64,000 bases of DNA from an uncultured Actinomycetota bacterium (GCA_963697565.1 CAVOOM010000008.1:218329-282328), one strand, 5' to 3'. Positions 28,592-40,940 are shown, numbered from the stretch's first letter. Numbers and translations: made by a program. Notes: a model not told the origin generated them from the sequence alone.

Positions 28592-28902
28592 GCGGGGTCG
28601 ACCGCCTACCGGCGCAGCTCGACGCGGTGCGGCGGTCGGCATCATCGAAGAGCGCCCGCTGGGTGAGGCGCGCCGCTGCGCGGCGATGTCGGCAAGGGGG
28701 CGCATGGTGAGGTTTGCCGCCGTCATCGCGCCGCTGACCACCATGCCGCCGACGGGGACCACGACCTGCGGCACCGGCTCGATGACGCCCAGGATGAGGA
28801 GCACGCCCACCGTGGTCGCCGTCCCGGTGCCCACGGCCACCCACGCGATGGAGCGGCCCCGCGGGAGCTCCTTGCACCGCCCGGCTGCTACGAACCCGGA
28901 GA

Positions 28903-29316
28903 TCACCACCATCCCGCCGACGCCGATCCCCCTCCCTCGAGGCCGATGCTGGGCAGCGCGACGCGCTCCAGCAGGAGTCGGGCCCCGGCGTCGTCGAGGT
29001 CGGGACGCGCCAGCCGGACGTCCTCGCCGACCGTCGGGGTGAGCATCGTTGGGTGCTGCGCCACCAGCCCGACCCTGCGCCGCAGCGCGTGGACGTCGTA
29101 CGAGGCGAGCGGCTGGCCGTCGACGCGGATGGTGCCGTCAGTCGGCTCTGGAAAGCGGTCGAGCATCCGCAGGAAGGTCGACTTGCCCGATCGGCTGGCG
29201 CCGAGGACGGCGGTGGTGCAGGCCCGGTGGATTTGATCGCTCACGCCATCGAGGATGCGATGGCCGTCCCGTTCCCGGACGAAGCCATCGAGGCCGAACG
29301 CCTCGGCCAGGGCCAT
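28903..29316 (-). pseudogene. ABC transporter ATP-binding protein, N-terminal fragment only (Walker A GASRSGKST, Q-loop); signature and Walker B regions missing
   Basis: 137-aa ORF ends just before where LSGGQ should be; the downstream overlapping ORF (start 28912) may be a decayed permease. Confidence 0.45.
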
Positions 29317-29376
29317 CGGCCCATGATGTCAGTAGCGGGCCTGCCGACCCGACGATCGCGTCATAGGGTGCTGGCC

Positions 29377-31024
29377 ATGAGCGAAGACCAGACCGCCGGC
29401 AGTACGGCCCCTCCCGAGGCGAGCAAGGCCGCGGGCGGCGTGCGCGGCGCGGGCACGGTTGAAGGGGTGTTCAGCCAGGCGGTCGCTGACCGTCCGGAGG
29501 CCGTGCGGCAGCAGATCGCCAAGGCGGCGGCGCAGAAGGTGGTCCCGCACCCGACCCTTGAGGAGCGGCTGCGCAAGGGCCGGGTCGCTCGGGCGGAGAC
29601 CCCGCGGGAGGAGTTGTCGGCCTGGCAGCCGCCCGCAGACCGGGCCGATCCGGTGGCGATGCTCGAGGGCCAGGAGACCTCTCGGGTGCAGGAACTCGTG
29701 CCGGTGCGGCACGCGCGGATGGCGACCAGCGCGTTCGCGTTCTACCGGGGGGCGGCGCTGCTGATGGCCGCTGACCTCGCGGTGATGCCGCGCACCGAAG
29801 CTCGAGGTGCAGCTGTGCGGCGACGCGCACCTGTCGAACTTCGGCCTCTTCGCCGCCCCGGACCGTTCGGTGATCTTCGACGTGAACGACTTCGACGAGA
29901 CCAACCCAGGTCCGTTCGAGTGGGATGTCAAGCGGCTGGCGACGTCGTTCGTCCTGGCGGCCCGCGACAACGGGCTTCCGGCGAAGGTCGGGCTGGCCGC
30001 AGCCGAGGCCGCCGCGGCCTCCTACCGGGAGTCGATGGCGGCCTTCGCGGGCAAGGGCGAGTTGGAGATCTGGTACGACCGCATCGACGCGGCCGGGCTC
30101 GTCTCCTCCGTGCGGGCGCTGCCCAGCAGCAAGGGCAAGCTGGGGGCGAAGGAGCAGGCCAAGGTGGAGGCGACCATGCAGGGGGCCGTGGCCAAGGCCC
30201 GGCTCCGCGACGCCTGGTCGGCGATCGCGAAGATCACCGAGGTGGTGGACGGCCACCGCCGGTTCCGCGACCAGCCGCCGCTGCTGACCCGCCTCGAGCT
30301 CAGCCACGAGGCCGCGGTCCTGGTGAACGCGGTGTATCGGGAGTACCGGGCCACGCTCCAGGATGACCGGCAGGAGCTGCTGAAGCGCTACGAGATCATC
30401 GACATGGGCCACAAGGTGGTCGGGGTCGGCAGCGTGGGCCTGCTGGCGTTCGTGCTGCTGCTGCGCGGCCGCGACGAGGACGACCTCATCGTGCTGCAGG
30501 TCAAGCAGGCGCAGGCCTCAGTGCTGGAGGCCTACACCCGCAAGTCGGCGTTCACCAAGCACGGCCACCGGGTGGTCACCGGACAGCGGTTGATGCAGGC
30601 GGCGAGCGACTCGTTCCTCGGCTGGATCGACGGACCGGGCGGGCGCAGCTTCTACGTGCGGCAGCTCAGGGATATGAAGTGGTCGCCGGATCCCGCGTCG
30701 CTCAACGAGGAGCGGCTGCCCCGCTACGCGCTGCTGTGCGGTCTCACGCTCGCCCGGGCGCACGCCCGGTCCGGCGACGCGGTTGCGATCTCGGCGTACC
30801 TCGGGTCGGGCAAGTCGTTCGACCGGGCCATCCGGGAGTTCGCCGAGACCTACGCCAATCAGTCTGAGCAGGACTACGCGGCGTTCATGGCGGCCATCAC
30901 CGACGGCCGGCTCGGCGCGCACGAGGATGCCGCCGGCGCCGAGGGCATCGCGGCCGCCCAGCAGGTCGCGACGCCCACCCCGAAGCCCAAGCGCGCCGCC
31001 AAGAAGGCCCCCGCCGCGACCTGA
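29377..31024 (+). pseudogene. DUF2252-domain protein; apparent frameshift near 29790
   Basis: N-terminal 138 aa (..VPVRHARMATSAFAFYRGAALLMAADLAVMPRT) in one frame; the remainder (VQLCGDAHLSNFG...) in the 29807 frame; could be a sequencing error. Confidence 0.65.
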
Positions 31025-31045
31025 CGCGCCGCGACGGCCCCGTCC

Positions 31046-31930
31046 CTAGAAGGGGGTCGGGACGCGGCGCAGCGGCAGGCCCGGCTCCACGTAACCGCGG
31101 GCGCTCGGCCTGCGCGGCATCTTCACGTCCTGCGGGGGCAGCGGGGTGTACGGGATCTGGCTCAGCAGGTGGCTGATGATGTTGAGCCGGCCGCGCTTCT
31201 TGTCGTCGTTGTCGGCGACGAACCACGGTGCCCACTCGGTGTCGGTGGCGGCCAGCATCGCGTCGCGCGCCCTGCAGTAGTCGAAGTGGCGGCTGTACGA
31301 CTTCAGGTCGGTGGGGGACAGCTTCCAGATCTTGCGGGGATCCTCGATCCGGTTGCCGAGCCGGCGGGTCTGCTCGTCGACGCTGACGTTCAGCCAGTAC
31401 TTGATCAGGATGATCCCGTTGTCGACCATCGCCTTCTCCACCGCGGGCGCCTGCTCGAGGAACCTCGCGGTCTGCTCCGGGGTGCAGTAGCCCATGACCG
31501 GCTCCACGCCGGCGCGGTTGTACCAACTGCGGTCGAAGATCGCGACCTCGCCGGCCGCCGGGAAGTGCGCGATGTAGCGCTGGACGTACATCTGCGACTT
31601 CTCGCGCTCGGTCGGCGCCGGCAGCGCGATGTGCTTGAACACCCGCGGGCTCGTCCGCTCGGTGATCCGCCGGATCGTGCCGCCCTTGCCCGCCGAGTCC
31701 AGGCCCTCGAACACGATGCAGATCTTCGCCCCGGTGGCCTTGACCCACTCCTGCATGGCCACCAGCTCGCCCTGCAGGCGGCGCATCTCCGCCTCGTACT
31801 CCCTGGTTTTCATCTTCGGCGCGGGGCCGGAGCCGACGTCCAGCATCTCCGCCGCCGGCACCGCGACGTCCGCGGCGGCCGGGACGGCCGACTTGCCGTG
31901 CTTCTTGGCCTTCTTCGACTTCTTGCCCAT
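31046..31930 (-). CDS. ppk2: Polyphosphate kinase 2 (PPK2) family protein
   Basis: Walker A-like FEGLDSAGKGG; WYNRAG and lid-region motifs characteristic of PPK2. Confidence 0.85.
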   Translation of the reverse strand: MGKKSKKAKKHGKSAVPAAADVAVPAAEMLDVGSGPAPKMKTREYEAEMRRLQGELVAMQEWVKATGAKICIVFEGLDSAGKGGTIRRITERTSPRVFKHIALPAPTEREKSQMYVQRYIAHFPAAGEVAIFDRSWYNRAGVEPVMGYCTPEQTARFLEQAPAVEKAMVDNGIILIKYWLNVSVDEQTRRLGNRIEDPRKIWKLSPTDLKSYSRHFDYCRARDAMLAATDTEWAPWFVADNDDKKRGRLNIISHLLSQIPYTPLPPQDVKMPRRPSARGYVEPGLPLRRVPTPF

Positions 31931-31996
31931 CAGTTCCAGCCCCTTGCCTGTCTGCGCGGCGTGCGTCTCCTGCCGACCCTAGCGGCGGCAGGAGGG

Positions 31997-32701
31997 CTAG
32001 GGGGACAGCCGTTCGAGCACCCAGCCGGACGCGTCATCCATCGCGGCGAGCCGCTCCGCGTTCGCCAACCGGTAGCGGAGGCGGTCGTGGAGGCGGTGCG
32101 GCCGCCCCTGCCAGAACTCGACGGAGGTCGGGTGCACGACGAAGCCGCCCCACCGCTCGGGCATCGGCACCTCCCCGTCGGGGTGGGCGGCCGTCAGCGC
32201 CGCGACGGCCGCGTCGAGGGCGGCGCGGGACGCCAGGACGGCCGACTGCGTGGACGCCGCCGCCGCGGCCCGGCTGTCCGGGGGCCGCGACTCGAAGTAG
32301 AGACGGGCCTCGCCGCGGCCGACCTCCTCGACGTCTCCGAGCACGACGACCTGCCGCTGGAGCGCCAGCCACGGGAACACCAGCGAGGCGCGCGGGTTGC
32401 CGGCCAGGTCAAGCCCCTTGCGGGAGGCCCGGTCGGAGTAGCAGGTGAACCCGCGCGGCCCGACGTCCTTGAGCAAGACGGTGCGAGCCGACGGCTCTCC
32501 GTCGGCGCTGGCGGTCGCCAGCGTCATCGCGTTCGGCTCGATCACCCCCCCGTTGATCGCGTCGGCGAGCCACCGCCAGAACTGCGTGAGCGGGTCCGCG
32601 GCCAGGTCCGACTCGTTGAGGGCGGGCGCGTCATAGGGCAGCCGCATGCCCGCGAGCGGGGCGGCCGGGCCGCCGGTGGTGGGTTCCGGACCCGGGCTCA
32701 T
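31997..32701 (-). CDS. pdxH: Pyridoxamine 5'-phosphate oxidase
   Basis: PNP oxidase motifs (LATASADGEPSARTVLLK, FVVHPTSVEFWQGRPHRLHDR); start chosen at the internal ATG with a GAGG 9 nt upstream; a longer 252-aa ORF is possible. Confidence 0.8.
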   Translation of the reverse strand: MSPGPEPTTGGPAAPLAGMRLPYDAPALNESDLAADPLTQFWRWLADAINGGVIEPNAMTLATASADGEPSARTVLLKDVGPRGFTCYSDRASRKGLDLAGNPRASLVFPWLALQRQVVVLGDVEEVGRGEARLYFESRPPDSRAAAAASTQSAVLASRAALDAAVAALTAAHPDGEVPMPERWGGFVVHPTSVEFWQGRPHRLHDRLRYRLANAERLAAMDDASGWVLERLSP

Positions 32702-32840
32702 GGCGATCATCCTCGCAGGGCGCCGAAGCGCCCGCGTGCGGGCTCTTAGGTCCACCGGGACGGGACGATGGACTCATGACCGCGGGAGTGAGAGTCGTAG
32801 GCTGGCTTCCACGTACTCCCTGATCGCTACGGACAGGCCC

Positions 32841-35800
32841 ATGACCGCTCAGCAGCCCACGTACCCAGGTCTCCCCACCGTCATCAGCGGCAACGGCGCC
32901 GTCGCCCACGTCATGAGCCACGTGTGCGGCGGCGTCATCGGCTACCCCATCACGCCCTCGACGGAGATCTCCGAGCTGTACGAGGCGGTGCGCGCCGAGG
33001 GCGGCGTCAACGTGTGGGGCAAGCACCCGTTCTTCTTCGAGCCCGAGGGCGAGCACTCGGCCCAGAGCGGCGCCCTGGGCGCGGCGCTGACCGGGGGGCA
33101 GTTCATCTCCAACGCGTCCTCCAGCCAGGGGATCCTCTACGCGATGGAGTCGCACTACGTCACGGTCGGCAAGAAGATCGGCGGCTTCGTGCTCCAGGTC
33201 GCCGCCCGGGTGGTCTCCAAGCACTCCCTGAACGTCATGGCCGGCCACGACGACGTGTACGCCCTGCTGTCGGCGGGCTACACGATCCTGTTCGGGTCCA
33301 ACCCCCAGGAGGCGGCCGACCTGGCGGCGATCGCCTACCGCACGTCTGCGCTGTCGCTGATCCCGGTGACCAACGCCATGGACGGCTTCTCCACCAGCCA
33401 CATGCTCAGCGAGGCCCTGCTGCCCGAGCCCGAGCTGCTGCGCGACTACCTCGGCGACCCGGCCGGCCGGATCAAGGCCCCGACGGTCGCCCAGGAGCTG
33501 CTCTTCGGCGCCAAGGGGCGGGTCTTCCAGCTGCAGGCCTACCTCGACCGCCACCGCGACGACTTCCGGCCGCAGGACCTCGAGGCGCTGACGGCCCACC
33601 TCGACGCCCAGGCGGAGCGGGTCGAGGGCGACAGCGCCGGCGACCTGGTCGGCGAGACGCTGGCGTGGGTGCCCGAGGAGCTGCGCGGGCCAGTGGCGCC
33701 GGCAGTGGGTGAACGCCCTGGAGAAGGGCACCCGCCAGCTGGTGCCCGCGCTGATCGACGTCAACAACCCCGGGCTCACCGGCCCGGTCCAGAACCAGCC
33801 CGACTTCCAGGCCGGGGCGGTCGACCACCGCACCCACTTCGCGAGCGCCGTCCCCGCGCTGGTGCGCCAGGCGATGGACGAGTACTCCACGCTCACCGGC
33901 CGCACGTACGCCCCGCTCCTCACGTACGACTGCGACGACGCCGACTACATCATGGTCGGGCTCGGCTCGATCACCGACGACGTGCGCGCCGTGCATCCCG
34001 CACCTGCGCGCGCGCGGCCTCAAGGTCGGCGTGGTCTCCGTCAAGCTGCTGCAGCCCTTCCCCGAGGCCGAGCTCGTCGAGGCGCTCGCGGGGGCCAAGG
34101 CCGTCACCGTCCTCGAGCGCTCGGACCAGACGGCGCTGACCAGCCTGGTGACGTCGGCGCTCTTCAAGGCCGCCGCGAACGCCGAGAGCCCGCAGCACGA
34201 CGCACATCCCGGCGCTGGACTCCGTCCCGCGCCTGACCACGGCGATCTTCGGCCTCGGCGGCCACGACGTGCAGCCGCGCCACATCATCGCCGCGTACCA
34301 GCACATGGTCGACGGGGCGAGCGCCCCGCTGATCTACCTGGGGTCGCAGTTCTTCTCCAAGGACCCCGCCCCGCACATGGCCGAGATCCAGGCCCGGCTG
34401 CGCGAGGCGTACCCGGAGACCGAGCTGATGGCCCTGGAGACCGAGCCCAACCCGGTGCTGCTGCCGCCCTCGGCGATGCGCATCCGCTTCCACTCCGTGG
34501 GCGGCTACGGCACGATCGCGACCGGCAAGCTGCTCACCGACATCCTCGCCGGCGTCCTCGGGATGCACTCGAAGTCCGCGCCGAAGTACGGCTCGGAGAA
34601 GAGCGGCGCGCCGACCAACTACTACATCACCCTCAGCCCCGAGCCGGTGCTCCTCACCAACGCCGAGCTCGAGGACGTCGAGATCGTCATCTCGCCGGAC
34701 CACAAGTCGTTCATCCACACCGACCCGCTCAAGGGGCTGGTCGAGGGCGGCACCTTCATCCTGCAGACCGACCTCTCCCCGCAGGAGGTCTGGCGCGAGC
34801 TGCCGCGGTACGCCCGCCGGACCATCCGCAAGAAGCGCATCCACTTCCTGGTCGTCGACGCCTTCAGCGTGGCCAAGCGGCACGCCCCGTCGCCCGACCT
34901 CGAGCTGCGGATGATGGGCATCGCGTTCATCGGCGCGGTGGTGGGGCACGTCGACCGGGTGGCCCAGGGCGCCTCCGTCGAGGCGATCCACGACAAGGTC
35001 GCGCGCCCAGATCGCCAAGAAGTTCGGCGGCAAGGGCGACGCCGTGGTCGAGGGCAACATGGCCGTCATCCGCGAGGGCATGGAGGCGGCGACGGTCGTC
35101 GACTACGACACCCCTGAGTTCGTCGCGATCGACGAGGACACCGCGCCGGCGCACACGCTGCGCAGCGTCGCGCTCTCCGCGTCGATGTGCACGACCCCGA
35201 GCACGTCCAGCGCGAGCGCGCTGTTCGACCCCGCGTACTACGAGGACCTGGTGGCCCGGCCGTTCCGCGAGGGCACCATCGGCGAGTCGCCGGTGCTGCC
35301 GGGCGCCGGCCTGTTCATGCCCCCCGGCACGTCGGCCGGCAAGGACAAGGGCCTCTTCCGGCTCACCGTGCCTGAGTTCCACTACGACGTGTGCACCGGC
35401 TGCATGGAGTGCGCCCTGGTCTGCCCCGACGCGGCCATCCCCAACACCGTGCACGAGATCCACGACCTGCTGCTGGCCGCGATCAAGGAGATCGACGTCA
35501 GCGAGCCGCAGCGCGAGGCGCTGCGCGCGCACGTGTACGCCCTCGCCGAGCGGGTCCGCGAGGCCTACCGGCAGGACAAGGCCGCCCGCCCCTTCCACGA
35601 GGTGGTGGCCGAGGCCGCCACGACCCTGGACCGCCGACCAGCCCACGCTGGCCCGCAACCTGGACACCCTCGTCGCCACGCTCGGCGAACTACCCGGTCG
35701 CCCGCACCCGCCCGTTCTTCGACTCGCTGGAGAACGACGTGCCGGGCACGGGCGCGCTCTTCGCGGCCACCATCGACCCGTGGAAGTGCACCGGCTGCCT

Positions 35801-37850
35801 GGAGTGCATCGAGGTCTGCGGACCCGGCGCCCTCACGCCGCTCGACCAGGACGCCGACGTCCTCGAGACGCTGCAGGACCGCTTCGAGTTCATGACGACG
35901 CTGCCGAACACCCCCAAGCGCTTCACCGAGGGGTCGACCGGGCCCGACGGCGACCTGAAGCGGCTGATGCTCGACCACCCCAACTTCTACGCGACCGCCG
36001 GGGGGCACGGCGGCTGCCGCGGCTGCGGCGAGGTCACCGCGATCCGCCTCGTCATGGCGACGAGCCACGCCCTGGGCGACGTGCGCCGCCGGACGCACCT
36101 GCGCGAGCTGGAGGCGCTCGTGGCCCGGCTGCAGGAGAAGCCGAGGCGGTCGGCGCGGCCGACCCCGAGCGGCGCGCGCGGATCGCCTCGATCATCGCGA
36201 CCCTGGAGACGCGCCTCTACCTGTACGAGGGCGGTCCCACCGGCAACGGCCCGGCGTCCACGGTCATCGCCAACGCCACCGGCTGCAGCAGCGTCTACGC
36301 CTCGACGATGCCGTTCAACGCCTACCTCGACCCGTGGGTGAACAGCCTGTTCCAGGACACCCAGCCGCTGGCCAAGGGGATCTTCGAGGGCATCTCGGCC
36401 CAGGTCGTCGCCGATGTGCGCGCCCTGCGCCTCGCCCAGCTCGAGCTGGCCGACGCGTACGACCCGGCCGTCCACGACCGGGAGCTCACGGACGCTGTCG
36501 TGGGAGGAGTTCACCTCGGCGGAGCTCGATCTGCTGCCCACGGTGCTGACCATCGGGGGCGACGGCGCCAGCTACGACATCGGCTTCGGCGCGATGTCGC
36601 GCGTGCTGGCCAGTGACACGCCGATCAAGGTCCTGGTCCTGAACTCGGGCGCCTACTCCAACACCGGCGGCCAGGCCTCGACGTCGAGCTACACCGGCCA
36701 GGACTCCGACCTGTCCCGCTTCGGCGGGTCCCACCACGGCAAGCACGAGGCGCGCAAGGAGCTCGGCCTGCTGGCCTCGTTCCACCCGCACGTGTTCGCC
36801 TGCGCCACCAGCACGGCGATGCACGGGCACTTCCTGCAGAGCACGATGCGGATGATCGAGTACCCCGCGCCCGCGGTGATGGACGTCTACACGCCGTGCG
36901 GCAGCGAGCACGGCATCTCCGAGTCCTCCTCCAACGCGCGGGCGCGGCTGGCCGTCGAGAGCCGGATGCACCCGCTCTTCGTCCACGACCCGCGCCGCGG
37001 CTCGACGCTGCACGACTGGTTCACGCTCGAGGGCAACCCCGACATCGACAAGACGTGGACGTCCAGCACGCTGGAGTACCTCGACGACGACGGCCAGCTC
37101 CAGCTGCTGAAGACGCCGCTGACGCCGGCGGAGTTCGCCCTCGGCGAGGTGCGGTTCAAGAAGCAGTTCCGCCGGCTGGCCCCCGATCTTGAGGCGACCG
37201 CCCTCCCGATCGACGAGTACGTCGAGCTGCCGCTGCCGGACCGCGAGGGGCGGATCCCGTTCGTCTACGCGACCGATCACGACCGGCGCCTCATCAAGGT
37301 CGCCTGCTCGGACTCGATCGTCGCCCTCGTCGAGGACCGGCGGCGCTACTGGCAGACGCTGCAGTACCTCTCCGGCGTCCACGAGGCCCAGCTGACCGCG
37401 CTGCACCGCTCGGACTTCGAGGCGCTGAAGTCGCAGTACGACGAGGCCATGCAGCAGCGGGAGAGCTCGCTGGACGACTTCGCGCGCGCCATGTCCGAGC
37501 TCGCGACGTCGAGCAAGGCCCCGGCCGGCCTCGGCGGAGGAGCCCTGGCCGGCTTGTCGACCGCCCCCGCGGCGAGTGCGGCGGCCCCTGCCCCCGCGGC
37601 GTCGGGCGTCGGCGTGGCCGACGCGCCGGTCTGGCTCGACCCCGTCGACGTGCCGCTGTGCAACGACTGCGGGACGTGCTACCAGGAGCTCCCGCACTTC
37701 TTCGAGAAGGCCACCCTGATCATCGGCGGCGAGGCCCGCCAGGTCGCCCAGATGGTGCCGGGCGCCGCTGACACCGTGGAGGTCACGCCGGAGATCCAGA
37801 AGCGGATCGACCGGGTCCGCGCCAACTGCGACGCGGAGATCATCCGATGA
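32841..37850 (+). pseudogene. Pyruvate:ferredoxin (flavodoxin) oxidoreductase, nifJ/PFOR type, ~1670 aa, broken by at least 8 frameshifts
   Basis: Conserved PFOR segments occupy nine successive ORF-track frames (32646, 33709, 34031, 34269, 35044, 35391, 36414...); 4Fe-4S motifs (CTGCMECALVCP, CTGCLECIEVCG) and a TPP domain (GGDGASYDIGFGAM); frame order 0,1,2,0,1,2,0,2,0. Confidence 0.75.
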
Positions 37851-37956
37851 CGCTCCGGAGCCCGAGCAGACCGCCGAGCAGCCCTCGGGGCCGGAGGCCC
37901 TGGCCCGCTACCTCGAGGCGAGCAGCACGCTGGAGAGCAGCCGCGCGCAGGTCGAG

Positions 37957-40707
37957 GTGCTGGAGCACTCCGAGCCGGTCGAGTCGTTCAACCACCAGCT
38001 GGACCTGCTCAAGCGACGGCTGCTGAGCGAGCCGCGGGCCTTCCGCGAGCTCTTCATCTCCGACGGCATGGCGGCGGTGGCCTGGGAGTTCCAGCAGCCG
38101 GAGCTCGGCCCCGAGTTCGTTCAGACGCTGTGGTCGATGCTGTCTCGGGGCGACGACAGCAGCACGGTGCTCATGCGCTTCCTGTGGGACCTGCCGCTGG
38201 GGATGAAGCGCAAGTTCATCCGGGGCATCGACGAGCACCTCTCCGACCGCTACCCGATGTTCGCGGGCCTGTCGGTGGACTGGCCGTCGCAGAACGGGAT
38301 CCCGCCGTACATCCGCGAGGCCGACTCGCGGGCGCACGACTTCGGGCTGGTCAACCAGGGGTACCTCGGCTACATGGGCATCGGCTACACCGCGCGGGAC
38401 GTGGACCTGTTCGTGTGGCTCGAGGTGATGCGCGACAAGCAGTGCGAGGAGAAGCCGTGCGAGCTCGGCGTGTTCCTCGCCGAGCACCGCGAGCCCAAGG
38501 GCGGCTGCCCGGTCTCGATCCACATCCCGCAGGTGATCGACCTGATCGGCAAGGGCCGCTTCCGCGACGCGCTGGAGCTGATGGAGGGCAGCAACCCGCT
38601 GCCCGACGTCACCGGCCGCGTGTGCCCGCAGGAGCTGCAGTGCCAAGGGGTCTGCCTGCAGAAGCTGCCCATCGCGATCGGCCAGCTGGAGTGGTTCCTG
38701 CCCGAGCGCGAGAAGCTCGTCAACCCCGAGGGCGACGCCGCGCGGTTCGCCGGCGTGCGCGACCCCTGGGAGGCCGCGGCCAAGCCGCCGGTGGCCATCG
38801 TCGGCTCGGGCCCCTCCGGGCTCATCAACGCCTACCTGCTGTCGGCCGAGGGCTTCCCGGTGACGGTGTTCGAGGCGTTCCACTCGCTTGGGGGGGTGCT
38901 GCGCTACGGCATCCCGGAGTTCCGGCTGCCCAATGAGCTCATCGACGACGTGGTCGCCAAGATCCGGCTGCTCGGCGGCAAGTTCGTCGAGAACTTCGTC
39001 GTCGGCAAGACTGCGACCCTGCAGGACCTGCGCGACGCCGGCTTCTGGCGCATCTTCGTGGGCACCGGCGCCGGGCTGCCGAGGTTCATGAACGTCCCCG
39101 GCGAGCACCTGCTCAACGTGATGTCCGCCAACGAGTTCCTCACCCGCGTCAACCTGATGCAGGGCCTGCGGCCGGACTACGAGACGCCGCTGCCCGAGAC
39201 CGAGGGCAAGCAGGTGCTCGTCATCGGCGGCGGCAACACCGCCATGGACGCCGCCCGCACGGCCCACCGCCTGGGCGGCCACGTCACGATCGTCTACCGC
39301 CGCACCCAGAGCGAGATGCCGGCCCGCGTCGAGGAGCTGCACCACGCCCTGGAGGAGGGCATCGCGCTGAAGGTGCTGCGCTCGCCGTCGGAGTTCCTCG
39401 GCGACCAGCAGACCGGCTTCGTCACGGCCGCCACGCTCGAGGTGATGGAGCTGGGCGAGCCCGACGCGTCCGGACGCCGCCGGCCGATGGCCACCGGCGA
39501 GCACCGAGGTCATGCACGCGGACCTCGTGATCATGGCCCTGGGCAACGACGCCAACCCGATCATCAAGGACTCCGAGCCCCGCCTCCACACCTCCAAGTG
39601 GGGCACCATCGACCTCGACCACCGCGGGTCGCAGGAGACGACGCTGGCCGGGGTCTACACGGGCGGCGACGCAGCCCGCGGCGGGTCGACGGCCATCCTC
39701 GCCGCCGGCGACGGCCAGGCCGCGGCCCGCGAGATCCTCGGCGCGGTCGACCTGGCGCCGGCCGACATCCAGGCCAGGGTCGAGCGGGCCCGCGAGTACT
39801 CCGACCTCGCGGCCGCCCCGCAGACGATCCTCGCCAAGAGCGAGCTCAGCGACGGCATCGACGAGTTCACGGTGCACTCGCCGCTCGATCGCGCGCGCCG
39901 CGCGGGCCGGGCAGTTCGTCCGCGTGCTGCCGCGACCCGACGGCGAGCTGATCCCGCTGACGCTGGCCGACTGGGACGCCGACGCCGGAACCATCAGCCT
40001 GGTCGTCCAGGGCGTGGGCACCAGCAGCATCGAGATCAACCAGATGTCGGTGGGCGAGGCCTTCACCGGCATCGCCGGCCCGCTCGGGCGGCCCAGCGAC
40101 GTCCACCGCCACGACGAGGGCAGCACGGTCGTCTTCACGGCCGGCGGACTCGGCCTGCCGCCCGCCTTCCCGATCATCAGGGAGCACCTGGCGGCCGGCA
40201 ACCACGTCACGCTTGGTGTCCGGCTTCCGCAGCCGCGACCTGATGTTCTGGACCGGGCCGGACGAGCGGGTGGGTCTGCTGCAGGCCGAGTACGGCGACC
40301 GGCTGGACGTCGTCTACACGACCAACGACGGGTCGTACGGCGTGCCGGGGTTCGTGACCGGGCCCCTGGAGGAGATGCTCGAGGCGAACCGTCGCGGCGA
40401 GGGGCGCACGGTCGCCGAGGTCGTGACGATCGGCCCGCCGCTGATGATGCGGGCGGTCAGCGACCTGAGCGTGCGGTACGACGTGCCCTGTGTCGCGAGC
40501 CTGAACTCCATCATGGTCGACGCCACCGGGATGTGCGGCGCGTGCATGGTGCCCGTCGTCATCGATGGCGCGATGGTGCGCAAGCACGCCTGCATCGACG
40601 GGCCCGAGATCGACTCGCACATCATCGACTGGGACAAGTTCCTGCCCCGGTTCGGGCAGTTCCGCGCGCAGGAGCAGCAGAGCCTCGCCGAGCACGGGCT
40701 CGGCTGA
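37957..40707 (+). pseudogene. Fused oxidoreductase: ~170-aa N-terminal extension, GltD-like FAD/NAD(P) domain with 4Fe-4S (NfnB/SudA-like) and PyrK-like FAD plus 2Fe-2S domain (NfnA-like); 3 apparent frameshifts
   Basis: GltD/DPD-type motifs (CPVSIHIP, GRVCPQE.QCQGVC, VAIVGSGPSGL, VIGGGNTAMD); linker runs directly into the PyrK-like domain (AGQFVRVLP ... CGACMVPV) with no stop; frame switches at ~39505, ~39887 and ~40212. Confidence 0.6.
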
Positions 40708-40750
40708 ACCCCGCCTGATCTCGGCCGCGCCCGGCGGAGGCCGGGAGCGC

Positions 40751-40894
40751 TCACGACTCCGTGAGCGTGTCCTCCATCAGGTCGATGAGGGCCCAGAAGC
40801 GCACCTCGTCATCAGGGGTCGGGGGGGTCCGTTCGCTGGTCGCCGGCCCGGTGTCCTCAGGCCGATCCAGGTGCTGGAGCGTCGAGGTGTTCAT
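40751..40894 (-). CDS. Possible small ORF (47 aa; MNTSTLQHLDRPEDTG...DDEVRFWALIDLMEDTLTES)
   Basis: ATG-initiated, protein-like composition, but no clear RBS; below the track length cut-off. Confidence 0.2.
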   Translation of the reverse strand: MNTSTLQHLDRPEDTGPATSERTPPTPDDEVRFWALIDLMEDTLTES

Positions 40895-40940
40895 GGGGCC
40901 ACGCTAGGCCCGATCGGTGGGCCCGGGCATGTGGCGAAAG

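Noticed and set aside
31931-31996. Overlapping inverted repeats (CCTGCCG..CGGCAGG and CCCTAGC..GCTAGGG) between pdxH and ppk2 as an intrinsic terminator
   Set aside because: They are GC stems without a following U-tract on either strand. That is possible but not distinguishable from chance palindromes in this GC content.
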